A stretch of DNA of 64,000 nt from Rhizophagus irregularis (taxonomy: Eukaryota), in contig NC_089431.1 of NCBI RefSeq assembly GCF_026210795.1, positions 4,588,001 to 4,652,000 of the forward strand, written 5' to 3'. A program made the translations under genes and the position numbers. Below the pieces are notes generated by a model. The model did no database searches, had not been told where the DNA came from, and saw only the letters and a list, made by a program, of their open reading frames with translations. Positions within the stretch are counted from its first letter, which is position 1. Every line of letters begins with the position of its first letter. Positions 12,145 through 24,915 of this stretch are shown here, piece after piece.

Positions 12145-12836
12145 ATTATAACGATAATGTAATGACGACGATAATGAAAATTTACCATTTGATTATTGTT
12201 TATTTTTTGGTTCAAAATAAAAAAAAAATGTATCTATATTTAAATAAGTAATACAAACAAATTGTTTATTTACATAATATTAAAATTTGTCATCCGGTTG
12301 TTGATCATTTTTGGCTAACAAAAAAATTATTCAGTTTTCACATGATTTGCTAAAAATTTTATCCCATAATTTTTAAGCAAGAAAGATCATTCTATATAAG
12401 TGCAATATCTCCCTATGGGTGGGTGGGTGGCGCGTCACGTTATTGTTATGACTTGAAATGATTGACATGTCATGATAGGTTAACGTTAACTTAACGTTAA
12501 CATAAGATTAGTTTTTGAGTGATTTCCATTTTAAGATGCTGATCCCCCATCTTTGGTATTGATTTGCTGATTATATAAATACATTTCAAATCAAGCTTTT
12601 CTATTTTAGTACGATCGGCAACCAACAAATCTTTTAGTGTTTTAATAATTAATTAATATTTTTGGTGAAACATCTTAAATAAACTAGGTAGGTCTGGCGT
12701 AAATCGGTAATCTCTGTTAAATTAACCGATTCCGATTAATTATCCGTTATTATGTGCTACAAAAGATCTGCAATATAAGGAAAGTTCACAAATTAAGGAT
12801 TGACAAATTTTCTTATACTCTTTTCTTTATTTTAAC

Positions 12837-14334
12837 ATGGCTGAGAATAAATTTTTACCAAAATTATCTCAAAATTTACTCGAAATTTTAGATGATGATG
12901 AATATTATGATATTACAATTGAAGTTGGTAATGACCCTAACGTGAAATTTTTTCGTGCTCACATGGTCATTTTAAATTTTCGTTCTCCTTATTTGCGAAG
13001 AATTTTATCAACTAATAAAAAGAAAAATGATGGAACTTTAGCACACATCAAATTACCAAATATTTTACCTGATATTTTTCAAATAATTATAAGGTAAGCT
13101 AAATTTTTATAAAAAGTCATTATTTTTGTAAAATATTTTTTTAATCAACATATTATTATATCTTAGGTATATTTATGGCGGAAGAATTTCTTTGATAGAA
13201 TATGATATTTTAGATATTATTAAAATCTTGGTTGCCGCTAATGAACTAAGTCTTCAAGAATTAATTCCTCATATTCAATCGTTTTTGATTGAAAACAATG
13301 AAAACTGGATAGAACAAAATTTTAACCTAGTATACCAGACGAGCTTTGAAAATAATACTTTCCTGGATCTCCAAAAGTTTTGCACAGAGTTAATATCTAA
13401 ACATCCAGAGAAAGTTTTCAATTCATTTGATTTTACTTCGACTCCAGAAAAAGCTTTAATCTCTCTTATTCAACATGATAATCATCAAATGGCCGAGGTT
13501 CAAGTTTGGGAGCATGTACTTAAATGGGGTATTGCTCAAAATCCTGGACTTTCTTCGGATCCTTCATGTTATACGAATGATGATTTTAATGCTTTAAAAA
13601 ATACTTTGCAACAATGTGTTACTTTTATTAAATTTACTGAATTTACTTCTAAAGAAATTCTTAATAAGGTACATCCATACAAAAAGATTATTCCTGAGAA
13701 GTTATATGACGATACGATTAAATACTTTTTGGACAATCCAAATAATAAGCCAGAACCGAAACTAATCAAAAGTATTAAAAATATAGATTCAATAATTATT
13801 ACAACTCAACATGCTGAATTAATCTCAAAATGGATTGATGGATTAGAAATTACAGATGAATTGAAAAATTCATATGAATTCAAATTAATTCTTCGTGGAA
13901 CTCGTGATGGATTTACAGCTGAACAATTTCATGAAATATGTGATAATCGATCTCGTACTGTAACAATAATTAAAGTGAAAGGCAGCAGTGAAATTCTTGG
14001 AGGATATAATCCGATTGAATGGAAAAGTAGAAATAATATTAATAATTATCATGGTACTACTAAAGATAGTTTTATTTTCTCTTTTATGAATAAAGAAAGT
14101 ATTATAGATCATATTATTAGTCGAATAGAAAATGAAAATTGTGCTATAAATTATTGGCACCAACTCGGACCATCATTTGGTGAAGGAGACCTTCAAATAT
14201 ATGGTAATGTTTCTTTTAAAAAAAGTAAAACAAGTCGTTGTTATAAAAGTTCTTATGACAAACAGATCAGAAATACACAAAGAGCATTTTCTGTGGATAA
14301 TTATGAGATATTTCAGATTATAAATGATAATTGA
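12837..14334 (+). CDS. BTB/POZ-BACK-TLDc protein B3, ~474 aa, intact
   Basis: Exons 12837-13093 and 13167-14334; the spliced frame is open and carries the BTB, BACK and TLDc motifs. Confidence 0.9.
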
Positions 14335-16182
14335 CAAAATGGTTTGTTAAGAAGTTGTGTATAAAAATATTAAATTTTAGTACCACTATATAATTCAATA
14401 AAAAAAAAAAAAAAATACATGAATTTTTTTTTATTTATATCACTTTATATTATAAAATACGGATTTAAACAATTGTAATAAAACTTGTAAAGTAATAATT
14501 ACGAATCTTAAATAAAGATTTATAGATAACGTAGTTATTATATATTGACTGAAGTTATAATAATAAATAGTATACACAAATTTAAGACAATAAAAGGTTC
14601 AGATGAACTATAAACTCGGGTAAAAATCGCCAATAAACTTTAGAATATTTATATAATCTACCAAAAAATTTTAAAAGTATAATAACATACAAAAAACCTA
14701 TCTCATAATAACAGATAAGGATAATTTCTTAAAAGATATTCATTTATTAGTAAAGGCAATTAATCACAATGTAAATAAATTGGACATTGTTTTTCATCTA
14801 TTTTGATTAACCTGTACCTGCTGTTAAAAAAACAAATCGAAGAAGTACCGGCAGTTGCTATGTTTTACATGTTTTCTATTTTATTAATCAATTGTATACT
14901 ACTCCTTAATTTTAAGTTTCTAACTAACCAGTGAGATATTTTTATATAAATAACCATGGTGTAATTAAATAAACGACCGGAAATCAAGACTCAGAGATCG
15001 ATATTTAATTTTTAAAATTAATGAATTAACGTTATGTAAACTGCGGTATAAATTTTAAATAGGAAGAAATTATTAGTATACTCTATATAAACATTTGCTT
15101 ATTTTTTGTGTGGATGGGAATTGAAGTTTATGATTACGAATTTGCTGATGAAACTTAGATGAGGTTTCTATTTCTAATACTTTAACCATTAATCTATTTA
15201 TAACTTAAGACGATTCATCTCTTTTTTATAAAATTCATAACATAACTTATTTTTAAATAATAATTTTTCAAGTAATATTTTATTATTGGAATTTTTATTT
15301 ATTAATCTGAATGAAAATATTTACACCAGTTACGTAACGTGTGTTGTATTTCTGATTATCCCATGTTTACTAATTGGTCGCCAGTGATTTTTTTGATGAT
15401 ATATTCATGCTTGTAATTTTTCTGATGATATTTTAATGCTCATGTATTTTTATTGTTTATTTATACCTCTCCCACTCTCTCCCATCACTGGACGTTAGTC
15501 TCCATGAGATAAGAGTTATTTCACGTGTCGCATAAATATCATGACTCCCTGTGAAATAACTATTACCTATGTAATCCTCTTTAAGTTTTCATATTAGGAA
15601 ATTATGCAACACGAAATTACCAAATTTGGAATCTAAAAATTTTCATAATGGAACTACTTGCGTAAGATAGATTACGCTTGTGTTTCAGAATTTAAAAGTT
15701 TGGATATTTTTTTTAATAAAATAAAAAGGCCAGTATATTTAATGGCTGTTGAATTATCCAGCCATATATTTTTTTTTTTTGACAGTTTTTTATATAAATT
15801 ATCGTTATAATTTGATGTAATCTTCATCTGACTTGACAATTAATTAACAAAATTGTGTAATTTATTAATAATAAATCAAACTGCGCCAAATATATATTGA
15901 TATTGATATTGTAATTTGTAATGTAAATTTGGTGAAACATCTATCAATAAAATGGAATTCAATAGAAATGGATATCCCGTCGGCAAAATGCTCTTCTCGG
16001 CAGCAACCTGTTAACCGAATTACCGGTTAATTAACCGGTTATTATTGACCAATCACAATTACTCGTCCATTTATTACCGTTACGTGCTACAAAGACTTGC
16101 AATATAAGGTTGAAACCATTTCACAAATTAGGATTTGCAATATTCTACTCTCTCTTCTTTCATTTTAATATTGACAATTATA

Positions 16183-17689
16183 ATGACAGATAATAAATTT
16201 TTACCAAAATTATCACAAAATTTACTCGAAATTTTGGATGATGAAGAATATTATGATATTACAATTGAAGTTGGTAATGAACCTAACGTAAAAATATTTC
16301 ACGCTCATATGGTTATTTTAAATTATCGTTCACCTTATTTGAGAAGAATTTTATCAACTAATAAAAAGAAAAGTGATGAAACTTTAACACATATTAAATT
16401 ACCAAATATTTTACCTGAAATTTTTCAAATAATTTTAAGGTAATTAAACTAAGTGTTATATATATAAATAAGACATTATTTTATAAATTTATTTATTATT
16501 TTTTTTTAACGTATTGTACTATTTTATTTTTAGGTATATTTATGGAGGAAGAATTTCTTTAGTAGAATATGATATTTTAGATATTATGAAAATCTTGGTC
16601 GCTGCTAATGAATTATGCCTTCAAGAATTAATTCTTCATTTACAATCATTTTTGATTGAAAATAAGAAAAATTGGGTAAACCAAAATTTTAACCTAATAT
16701 ATCAGATGAGCCTCGAAAATGATACTTTCTTGGATCTTCAAAAGTTTTGTGAAAAATTATTATCTAAACAACCAGAAAAAATTTTTAATTCACCTGATTT
16801 CACTTCAATTTCAGAAAAAGTTTTAATCTCTCTTATTCAACTTGATAAAATTAAAATGAGTGAAGTTCAAATTTGGGATCATGTTCTTAAATGGGGTATT
16901 GCTCAAAATCCTGGACTTTCATCAGATTCTTCAAGTTATTCAAATGAAGATTTTAATGTTTTAAAAAATACTTTACATCAATGCATTCCTTATATGAAAT
17001 TCTTTAATTTAACTCCAAGAGAATTTTTAAATAATGTTATTCCTTATAGACAAATTTTACCTTATGAATTATATATAAATTCATTAAAACTATTTTTGAA
17101 TAGTAATTATAGGCCATCTGAAAATGTTATTGATTCTAAAATAATTACAATTAAACATGTTGAATTAATCTCAAAATGGATTGATAAATTAGAGATTACG
17201 GATAAGTTGGAAAATTTATATAAATTCAAATTAATTCTTCGTGGATCTCGGGATGGATTTATGGCTGAACAATTTCATGAAATATGTGATAATCAATCTT
17301 GTACTGTAACGATTATTAAAGTGCAAGAGAGCAATGAAATACTTGGAGGATATAATCCTATTGAATGGAAAAATGAAAATAAAAATCTTGATAATTATGG
17401 CATTACTGAGGATAGTTTTATTTTCTCTTTTATGAATAAAGAAAATATTGAAAATCATATTATTAGTCGAGTGAAATTTGCTAATTGTGCTATAAATTAT
17501 TGGAATAGTTACGGACCATCATTTGGTATTGGAGACCTTAAAATACACGGAGGTTATGGAGGTAAGAAAAGTTTTAAAAATAAATCTAGTTATTGTGAAA
17601 AACGATCTTATGAAAAAATGATCAGAAATACAGCGAATAGTTTTTCTGTAAAAGAATATGAAGTATTTCAGATCACAAAAGATAATTGA
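16183..17689 (+). CDS. BTB/POZ-BACK-TLDc protein B4, ~470 aa, intact
   Basis: Exons 16183-16439 and 16534-17689; same intron position and phase as its paralogs. Confidence 0.9.
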
Positions 17690-18427
17690 TTAAAGAGTTT
17701 TTCAAAAAGCTGTGAATTTACATAATTAAAAAAAAAAATTGTTATTAGAAGATACAGTAATTTATTTATGCAATGAGTATAAATATTTTTTAATTTTTAT
17801 CTCTTATTTGTAAAAAAAAAGAAGTGTACAAATTTTATTAATAAAATGAACGGATAAAAATTCGTCGAATTTTAATGAAAATTGTAAAGCGGAATATACA
17901 GTAAGCTTAGATAACAAAATTGTTTTGTACTAAGTTTAAATTATTTTGAACAAAAAGTCGTTTACGATGTTCTTCCAAGTGCATCATTACATTAAGTGAA
18001 AAAAGATCCAATTGTTGGCGGTGTAACTCTCATCTTAATTTATAAAAAAAAATAAAAATAAAAATTTCTTGTTCGTAAATTTTGTATTAAAAATAATTTG
18101 CATCTTTTTTTTTTTTAGTGGTAAAGTTTATGTATGTTTGCTGATGAAACTTAGAATTTTTTCAATTTCCATATTTCATCCGAAATTAACCCATTAACTC
18201 TATTAATAAATTAAGAAGACTCAAGATAACAAATTTTCTTTTTTCTATAATCCACAACATAACATATGACTTTATTAATAATTTTTATCATTATTTTTAA
18301 ATAATACTTAAAATTCTAAATTTTTCAGTAATTCAATCGCATCATTGTCAAAATACCATTGTAAAAATATATATTTCTTTTTATTAATTATGAGAGAATA
18401 TTTTAATAGTATGCAAAATCTTTACAA

Positions 18428-19965
18428 TTATGTACTAATTTGAAATACTTCATATTCTTTTACAGAAAATTTCTCTTCGGTTTCCCTGATCTGTTTTTCA
18501 TAAGATAATTGTTTACAATGACTGTTACAAGTATTAAAAGAATGTTCACGGCCTCCATATAATATAAGATCATCAGGACCAAATGATGGACCGTGGTGAG
18601 GCAAATAATTTACAGCTTGATATTCATTCCTTACTCTACTCAGAACATAATTACCAATATTTTCTTTATTCATGAAAGAAAATATAAAACTATTTCTAGT
18701 AGTGCCATAACATTTATAACTACTAAATCTAGAATCCCATTCAATTGGATTATATCCACCAAGAATTTCATTACTGTCTTTCAGTTTGATAACTGTCACT
18801 GTACGAGATTTATTATCACAAATTTTATGAAATTTTTCAGCCGAAAATCCATCACGAGATCCACGAAGAATTAATTTAAATTCATATGAATTTCTTAATT
18901 CGTCCCTATTCCTTAATCTATCGATCCACCTTGAGATTAATTCAGCATGTTGAATTGTAATAATTTTTGAATCAATAGTTTTAGGACTGATATTTTTGAC
19001 TGGCAGTGGCTCTGAACTACTTGGCTCTGACCTACTTGGGCTATTATCATTTTCCAAAAAATATTGAATTACACCATCAAATAAATCTCTATCTAAAATC
19101 TTTTTATATGGAAATACTTTTTTCGAAAATTCTTGGCGAGTAAAATTATGAAAATTAATAAAAGAGATACATCTTTGCATAGTAACTTTTAAGGTATTAA
19201 AATCATCATCTGAATATTTCGAAAGATCTGAAGGAAGTTCAGGATTTTGGGCAATACCCCATCTAATTAAATGTTCCCAAATTTGAACTCTACTTATTTG
19301 AATATTATCTTGTTGAATAAGAGTGATCAAAGTATTTTCTGGAAGAGAAGTAAAATCTGGTGAACTAAAAATTTTTTCCGGATGTTTAGTTATTAACCCT
19401 CTACAAAATTCTTGGAGTTCCAAGAAAGAATCATATTTGAAACTTGTTTGATTCATCAGGTTAAAATTTTGTTCCATCCAGTTTGCTTTGTTTTCAATCA
19501 AAAATGATTGTAAATGAAGAATTAGTTCTTGAAGATTTAATTCACTTGCTGCAATCAAAATTTTAATAATATCTCGAGTATCATAATTTTTTAAAGAAAG
19601 TCTACCGCCATAAATATATCTAAAAAATATATATATATTTATATAATAAAAAAAAAAATTTAATAAAAATTTATTTAAAATAATAAATCATCTTAATATA
19701 TTTCTTACGTTAAAATTGCTTGAAAAATTTCAGGTAAAATGTTTGGTAATTTAATATGTGTTAAAGTTCCATCATTTTTCTTTTTATTAGTTGATAAAAT
19801 TCTTCTCAAATAAGGAGAACGATAATTTAAGATAACTATATGAGCACGAAATATTTTTACGTGAGGATCATTACCAACTTCTATTGTAATATCAAAATAT
19901 TCGTTATCATTCAAGATTTCGAGAAAATTTTGGGATAATTTTGGTAAAAATTTATCACAATCCAT
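18428..19965 (-). CDS. BTB/POZ-BACK-TLDc protein B5, ~482 aa, intact, inverted relative to B1-B4
   Basis: Exons 19965-19709 and 19619-18428; same 257-nt first exon as the paralogs; the most divergent copy. Confidence 0.9.
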
Positions 19966-20959
19966 TTTTAATTGTCAAAGATTTCAAGAACAGAAAATAA
20001 AAAAAAATTTTTCGTGTGAAATCCATTTTTCCTTTTATACTTTATATGGTAATCAATTTCCCGAATTAAAAATTGATTCTTGTAGATCTTTTATAAATTT
20101 GGTCAAAACTAATATAAGCCTTTCTCATACTAAATATGTGTTACCCCTATTGCTTACGAATTATTCCGATTCGTTGCCGCAGATGCAGTTTTGTTGATTA
20201 TAAATTTAAGGAAATACAAAGTTTATTACGATAAAGTTAAAAGGCCACATAAAAATCTTTATATTTGAAGATTTAAAAAATAACATTTTTTTTTTGAATT
20301 TTTTTTTTATTTTCAATAATTCAAAAAAGAAAAATGATTAATTCGCAATCCATATAAGAATTAATAAATTTAATTATTAAAATAAATTTCAATAAATTCA
20401 CGGAATGAAATTTTTAACTAAACTATCTTCAATTTAAAGTTAAACTTTATTCAAAAAGGAATATAAACATTATATTTATCAATTATAATTGCTAATTCTA
20501 ATAGATTACATTTATAAATGATATCTTAATTAGAAGGAATGTTGGATTCCGAAATTATAAAATATTATACATATCGATATCTGATATCCCTTATTTTTAT
20601 ATTAATAAAACTATTACGATTCTTATACGAATTACTAATTAAAGGCCGGGTTAATATTTTTTTTTCCAAATTTTCTAAAATTCGTTAACAATAATTTAAA
20701 GATTCAAGGAAAACAGATTAATCTCAGGAAAATTAAACCAAACCAAGCACTATATTTTTTGAAAGCAAATTATGTTCTTTTATACCCACGTTAAATTCAA
20801 AAAATTCGCGTTTATCATCATAAAGCTTGATCATAAAATCATTATACTGTATATTTAAAACGTTAAAGCATCATCTAAACATAGTTAGAAATTTTGACAT
20901 AATGTTTAGTAATAATAAAATAATTAAACATTAATCTGAAATATTACGTATTCTTATAA

Positions 20960-21556
20960 TAAAAATGACAATATCGTGTTGTAATAGTTCCAATCTACTG
21001 AAGTTTGATAAGGTGGACTAATTGTATCTGCGCCTTTGTCTAAAAAAATCGCGTAAACTTCCCAAATTGGGTCCGTGATGTGATGATAGTCTGTTGTTTT
21101 TTGAATTTTGGTTACAAGGGATCATGCAATAGTAGTATCATTAACCTGTCGAGTCCATATGAATCTTAATTTATGTTAATGTTAATCTTTACAATTCCAA
21201 TTCCCAACTCAATGTTCCTAAAATATATTTATGTAGTGTGTGTATACAGTATATAAGAATTATAAAAAAACTCACCAAATTAAGTTAAATACTTACTGCA
21301 ACTAATTTTCGTCCCAATCAATGATCATTCTCATACGTATTGTTGTCGTAGCATCTTATTCATTAAAATAAGTTATTAAAATTGTACCTTCATTTAAAAT
21401 AGAATTCATAAATACATATCCAACATACAATAATTATAAATGAGAAGAAACATTTAATGGTTTAATAGCTCCATTAGGAAATACAATATCTAAATTTGGA
21501 TCAATACATGATTCAACTGATTTATCCTCAATTCCCCCAAATTAGTTAAATATCAT
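20960..21556 (-). pseudogene. decayed multi-exon gene fragment of unknown family
   Basis: Protein-like frame with stops: SCIDPNLDIVFPNGAIKPLNV..*..ILITYFNE*..MIIDWDEN*. A GTAAGT...TTTAG intron spans 21296-21218, followed by PIWEVYAIFLDKGADTISPPYQTS. Confidence 0.45.
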
Positions 21557-23049
21557 GTTGTGCATCACAAAGTACCTTTGTAGTAATGGTAGATTTGATG
21601 AATTAATAATAATATACATACATAATAAATAATTTAAATAATTTAAATAATTTATTGTTACAATAAAAAATTAATTTGTGGCGCATAAAAATTATTTCAA
21701 CGCTTACTTTATAAGAGGACCACATCAATATTGTCATTCTTTTATTTATTTATATATTAAAGGTTATTTTAAGTTCCGTGAAGTCTATTATTATTATTTC
21801 TATATAAAACAACTTTATTTAGAAATTCCATAAATAGAATGCACGAGCAATTGTCAAGAATGTTGCAAAAGTTTAACAATTTGTCTGACGTTTGGATTAG
21901 TCTCCGTATAAATAATTTGAATTGTGTGACTTGAAATCCCATGCCATATAATTAAAACCCGTGACATGCCTCCGCCTGATCTATTTATGGTTCGATCCGT
22001 GTGTAATGACTGTAATCGGAATTTTTTTTTTTGCTTATTAATTTTTTGTCCGATCTTTTTTTGGTTCCTTTTTTTTAAAAAAAATTTTCAAACCGAAAAA
22101 AAATTTTTTCTCAGTATAGTTTTTCTTTTTCAAGCCGAAAAATTTGTTTTTTTCACATTCTTTTCCCGTTTAGGTTTAATTTTTTTTTCCCAAACTGAAA
22201 AATTTTTTTTTATTAAATAATCCCCATTGTTTCAGTCTTTTAAGACCAATTTTTTTATATTATTTTTTTTCGATCTTTTTTTTTAGACCGTATTGTTAAA
22301 AAAAATTTTTTTTCACTCTTTTTGGATTGAATTATTGTCGTCATCAATCGTGAATTTACCTCCGAACAACACTCCTTTTTTTCAGATTTTTTTCGTACTT
22401 ATTTTTTTTTTTCCGGATTCCCTTTTTTTTAACTGATTTCTTTCTTTATCCTTTTTCTTCCCTCCAAATTTTTTTTTAAATTTTTTATTATTATTAAATA
22501 AAAAAATTATTAAAATAAAAAATAAAATATTATATTAAATATATTTACAAAATTATTATTTTTTTTAAAAAAAAATCAATATAACATATCAGATAAAGAA
22601 AAATTGATAGAAAGATGAAGTAAGATTTTTTAAATTAAATTGAACACTGGATAAAATGGTTTGATTTTTCAAATTCATAAAAATCAATTAATTAATCATA
22701 AAATATGTAAAAATATCAATTCTTTTTGAAGAAATTGTTTGATTTAATAATAGATTATTATAACCAAATCCATATCCGAATTCCGAAATTCTCTAAATAA
22801 CCACCAGATTTTTGAATAAAAGATTTTAATTCAAATGGTTTAGTTAAATTAATAATTTATCGAGTAAAATGAATAATAATAAATGAAATGAATAGATCCT
22901 AATACATTTAATTATTCAAATATTTTTCCTAATTAGTTATAAGTTTAAGATTGACGTAATATAAAATAAGAAATAATTGTAAAATTTATAATTAATTAAT
23001 AAAAATATTTGTAGTATTTTCATAATATTAAAATTTTTTTGTCAAAAAA

Positions 23050-23540
23050 TGAGGGTGAATGAAAAATAGGGAGAGTATTAAAGGGAAAGGGGAGTAAAAG
23101 AAACAAAAGTAACGAAAAAGATCAAGTGGGAACTAATAAAAAAAATGAAAAGAATGGAGGGGGACGAAATAGAGCAAAGGGGAATAAAAAAATGAAAGGA
23201 ACAAAGGGTAGTGTAAAGAGAAGTGGGAATGGGAAAAAAATGTAAAGAACAAAAGATAGTGTAAAAGAACGAAAAAGATGAAGTGGGAATGGAAATGAAA
23301 GGAACGAAGGGTAGTGTAAAGGAATGAAAAAGACGAAAGGAACGAAGAGGAAATAAAAAACAATGGAAAAATGAAGGAAGGGAAGAATAATAAGAGCAAA
23401 AAGAAATGAAGAAAACAAAAAAAATGAAGAAGGGACGAAAATGAGATAAACAAGGGGACCAAGTAAAAACCAAACCCATAAAATCAAAAGAAGAAATAAA
23501 GTTAGTAAGGAACGAAAATTACATGTAAGAACCGAAAGAC
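23050..23540. repeat. purine-rich (GA) low-complexity tract with degenerate repeats
   Basis: Almost only A/G on the plus strand; recurring aaaggaac(g/a)aagggtagtgtaaa and aagtgggaat motifs. Confidence 0.75.
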
Positions 23541-24282
23541 CTAATTAAATTCCTAATTATAAACAAATTGGCTGTAACCATCTTTACATTCCTTAAATAT
23601 ATCATAATAACGATTTAACTAGAAATAAAACTCAAAAAAATCGATATGCTAAATTATCAAAATTTGAATTTGTTAGATTGGTTCGTGTTCAATTATCTAA
23701 AGAGATATCATCCAAAATCACCGGATCTTACGCTCGAATATTATATTCTCCTTCTTTGAATTTATTAATAATTTTAATAATTTAAAAAATTATTATTATT
23801 ATTTAAATAACAAAGAACACACATTTTTATGTATTAATTTAGATACAAATTATGATGAGAAAGATGATGATAGAGAGTGAACTAGTACATCTACCTCTAC
23901 CTCAACTATTGATACATTTGCAGATCATGATATTGATTGGATTAGGAGTTCTTCGGACGAATACATACAAAGAACATGGAGAATTTTGGGATAATCATCG
24001 TAAATTATCATTTTTTAGTATAGTTGCTCCATTATATTTATGATTTTTATGATTTTGTTAAAGAAATTTTTTGATTTCAATGATTGATTAAACTGCGGTG
24101 CGGTTTACATCCTTGTATCATAAATTTTATCCCTTAAGACCTATTTCATCTTGTTGAAAAATTTAATACTCAAACGAAAACGATCATCATAACACTTTTT
24201 CATGTGTAACAAATGTAACGAAAAAATTCACATTTTGTTTTGTCAAAGTCTCAAAGATCAGTCTAATTATCGACCTAATTTG

Positions 24283-24300
24283 GACTTTATGGTTAGATCG
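24283..24300 (+). promoter_or_regulatory. conserved upstream motif gactttatggttaga (representative copy; class I upstream module of K1-K7)
   Basis: Recurs at ~33928, 36764, 39458, 44764 and 45023, and partially at ~28819 and 42384, while the surrounding spacer DNA diverges. Function untested. Confidence 0.45.
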
Positions 24301-24915
24301 ATCATCAAAATTAGGCACTCTCAAATAAACAAACGTCATTCAACAAAAACGATTCACATTTGAATTTTTTGCTTTATGAATAGAACTATATATATAACTT
24401 AATTAACACAAATAAGACAGCACATACTTTTCGGAGTTACAAAATCGTGTCTTGAAAGGGAAAAAAAGGAAAGATATCTTAACTCCGGAATAAATAGAAC
24501 AATTCTTTTATTATTACTTAATATGTATAACAATAAATTTTACAAATGAAATTAAGTAAACTTAAAATCGGCATCTTAATTTGAACTTTATGGTTCGAAA
24601 TAATCAAAAAATGTAAACTAAAACATGCTTTTTCAGAATTCATTTGAACGCCCCTATTTCATTCAACTGATTCAAGTTCTGCGATACTTGCATGAGTATT
24701 GAGTACAAGACCAACATAATCAAATGTTCAATAACAGCTATGAAAAAGAAAGTAATTTTATCCATGATCTTGCAGTATATACTTGATTTTTTTCGTTTCC
24801 CGATGATCGCTGTTACATTGGATAATGATTTCTCCTTCTTTTATTAAAAATATATAAATAACGATACTACGAAATTATTTTTTAATTATTTTTTTTTCGT
24901 CTGCTGAACAAAAAA

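Larger units (their letters stand above)
9932..12646. mobile_element. composite ~2.7-kb insertion upstream of B3 (nested repeats, hosts the hAT element)
   Basis: The B2 upstream sequence aaactgcgcccaaatattgat...attaattaacattttttggtgaaacatc is contiguous at ~6406-6462 but split in front of B3 between ~9931 and ~12647. The insert contains degenerate ttgttaatcatttt repeats. Boundaries are approximate. Confidence 0.6.

Noticed and set aside
7379..18874. Antisense ORFs over the BTB-TLDc genes (7379, 7723, 13569, 13885, 17231, 18593)
   Set aside because: They recur only because the sense genes are paralogous; no independent coding signal.
23078..23487. Three overlapping Phe-rich membrane-like ORFs
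   Set aside because: Artefact of a purine-rich tract that lacks stop codons on the minus strand in all three frames.
23640..24043. Small gene upstream of K1
   Set aside because: A tttag acceptor and a short acidic frame exist, but with an in-frame TGA, no clear donor or start, and no recognisable homology.
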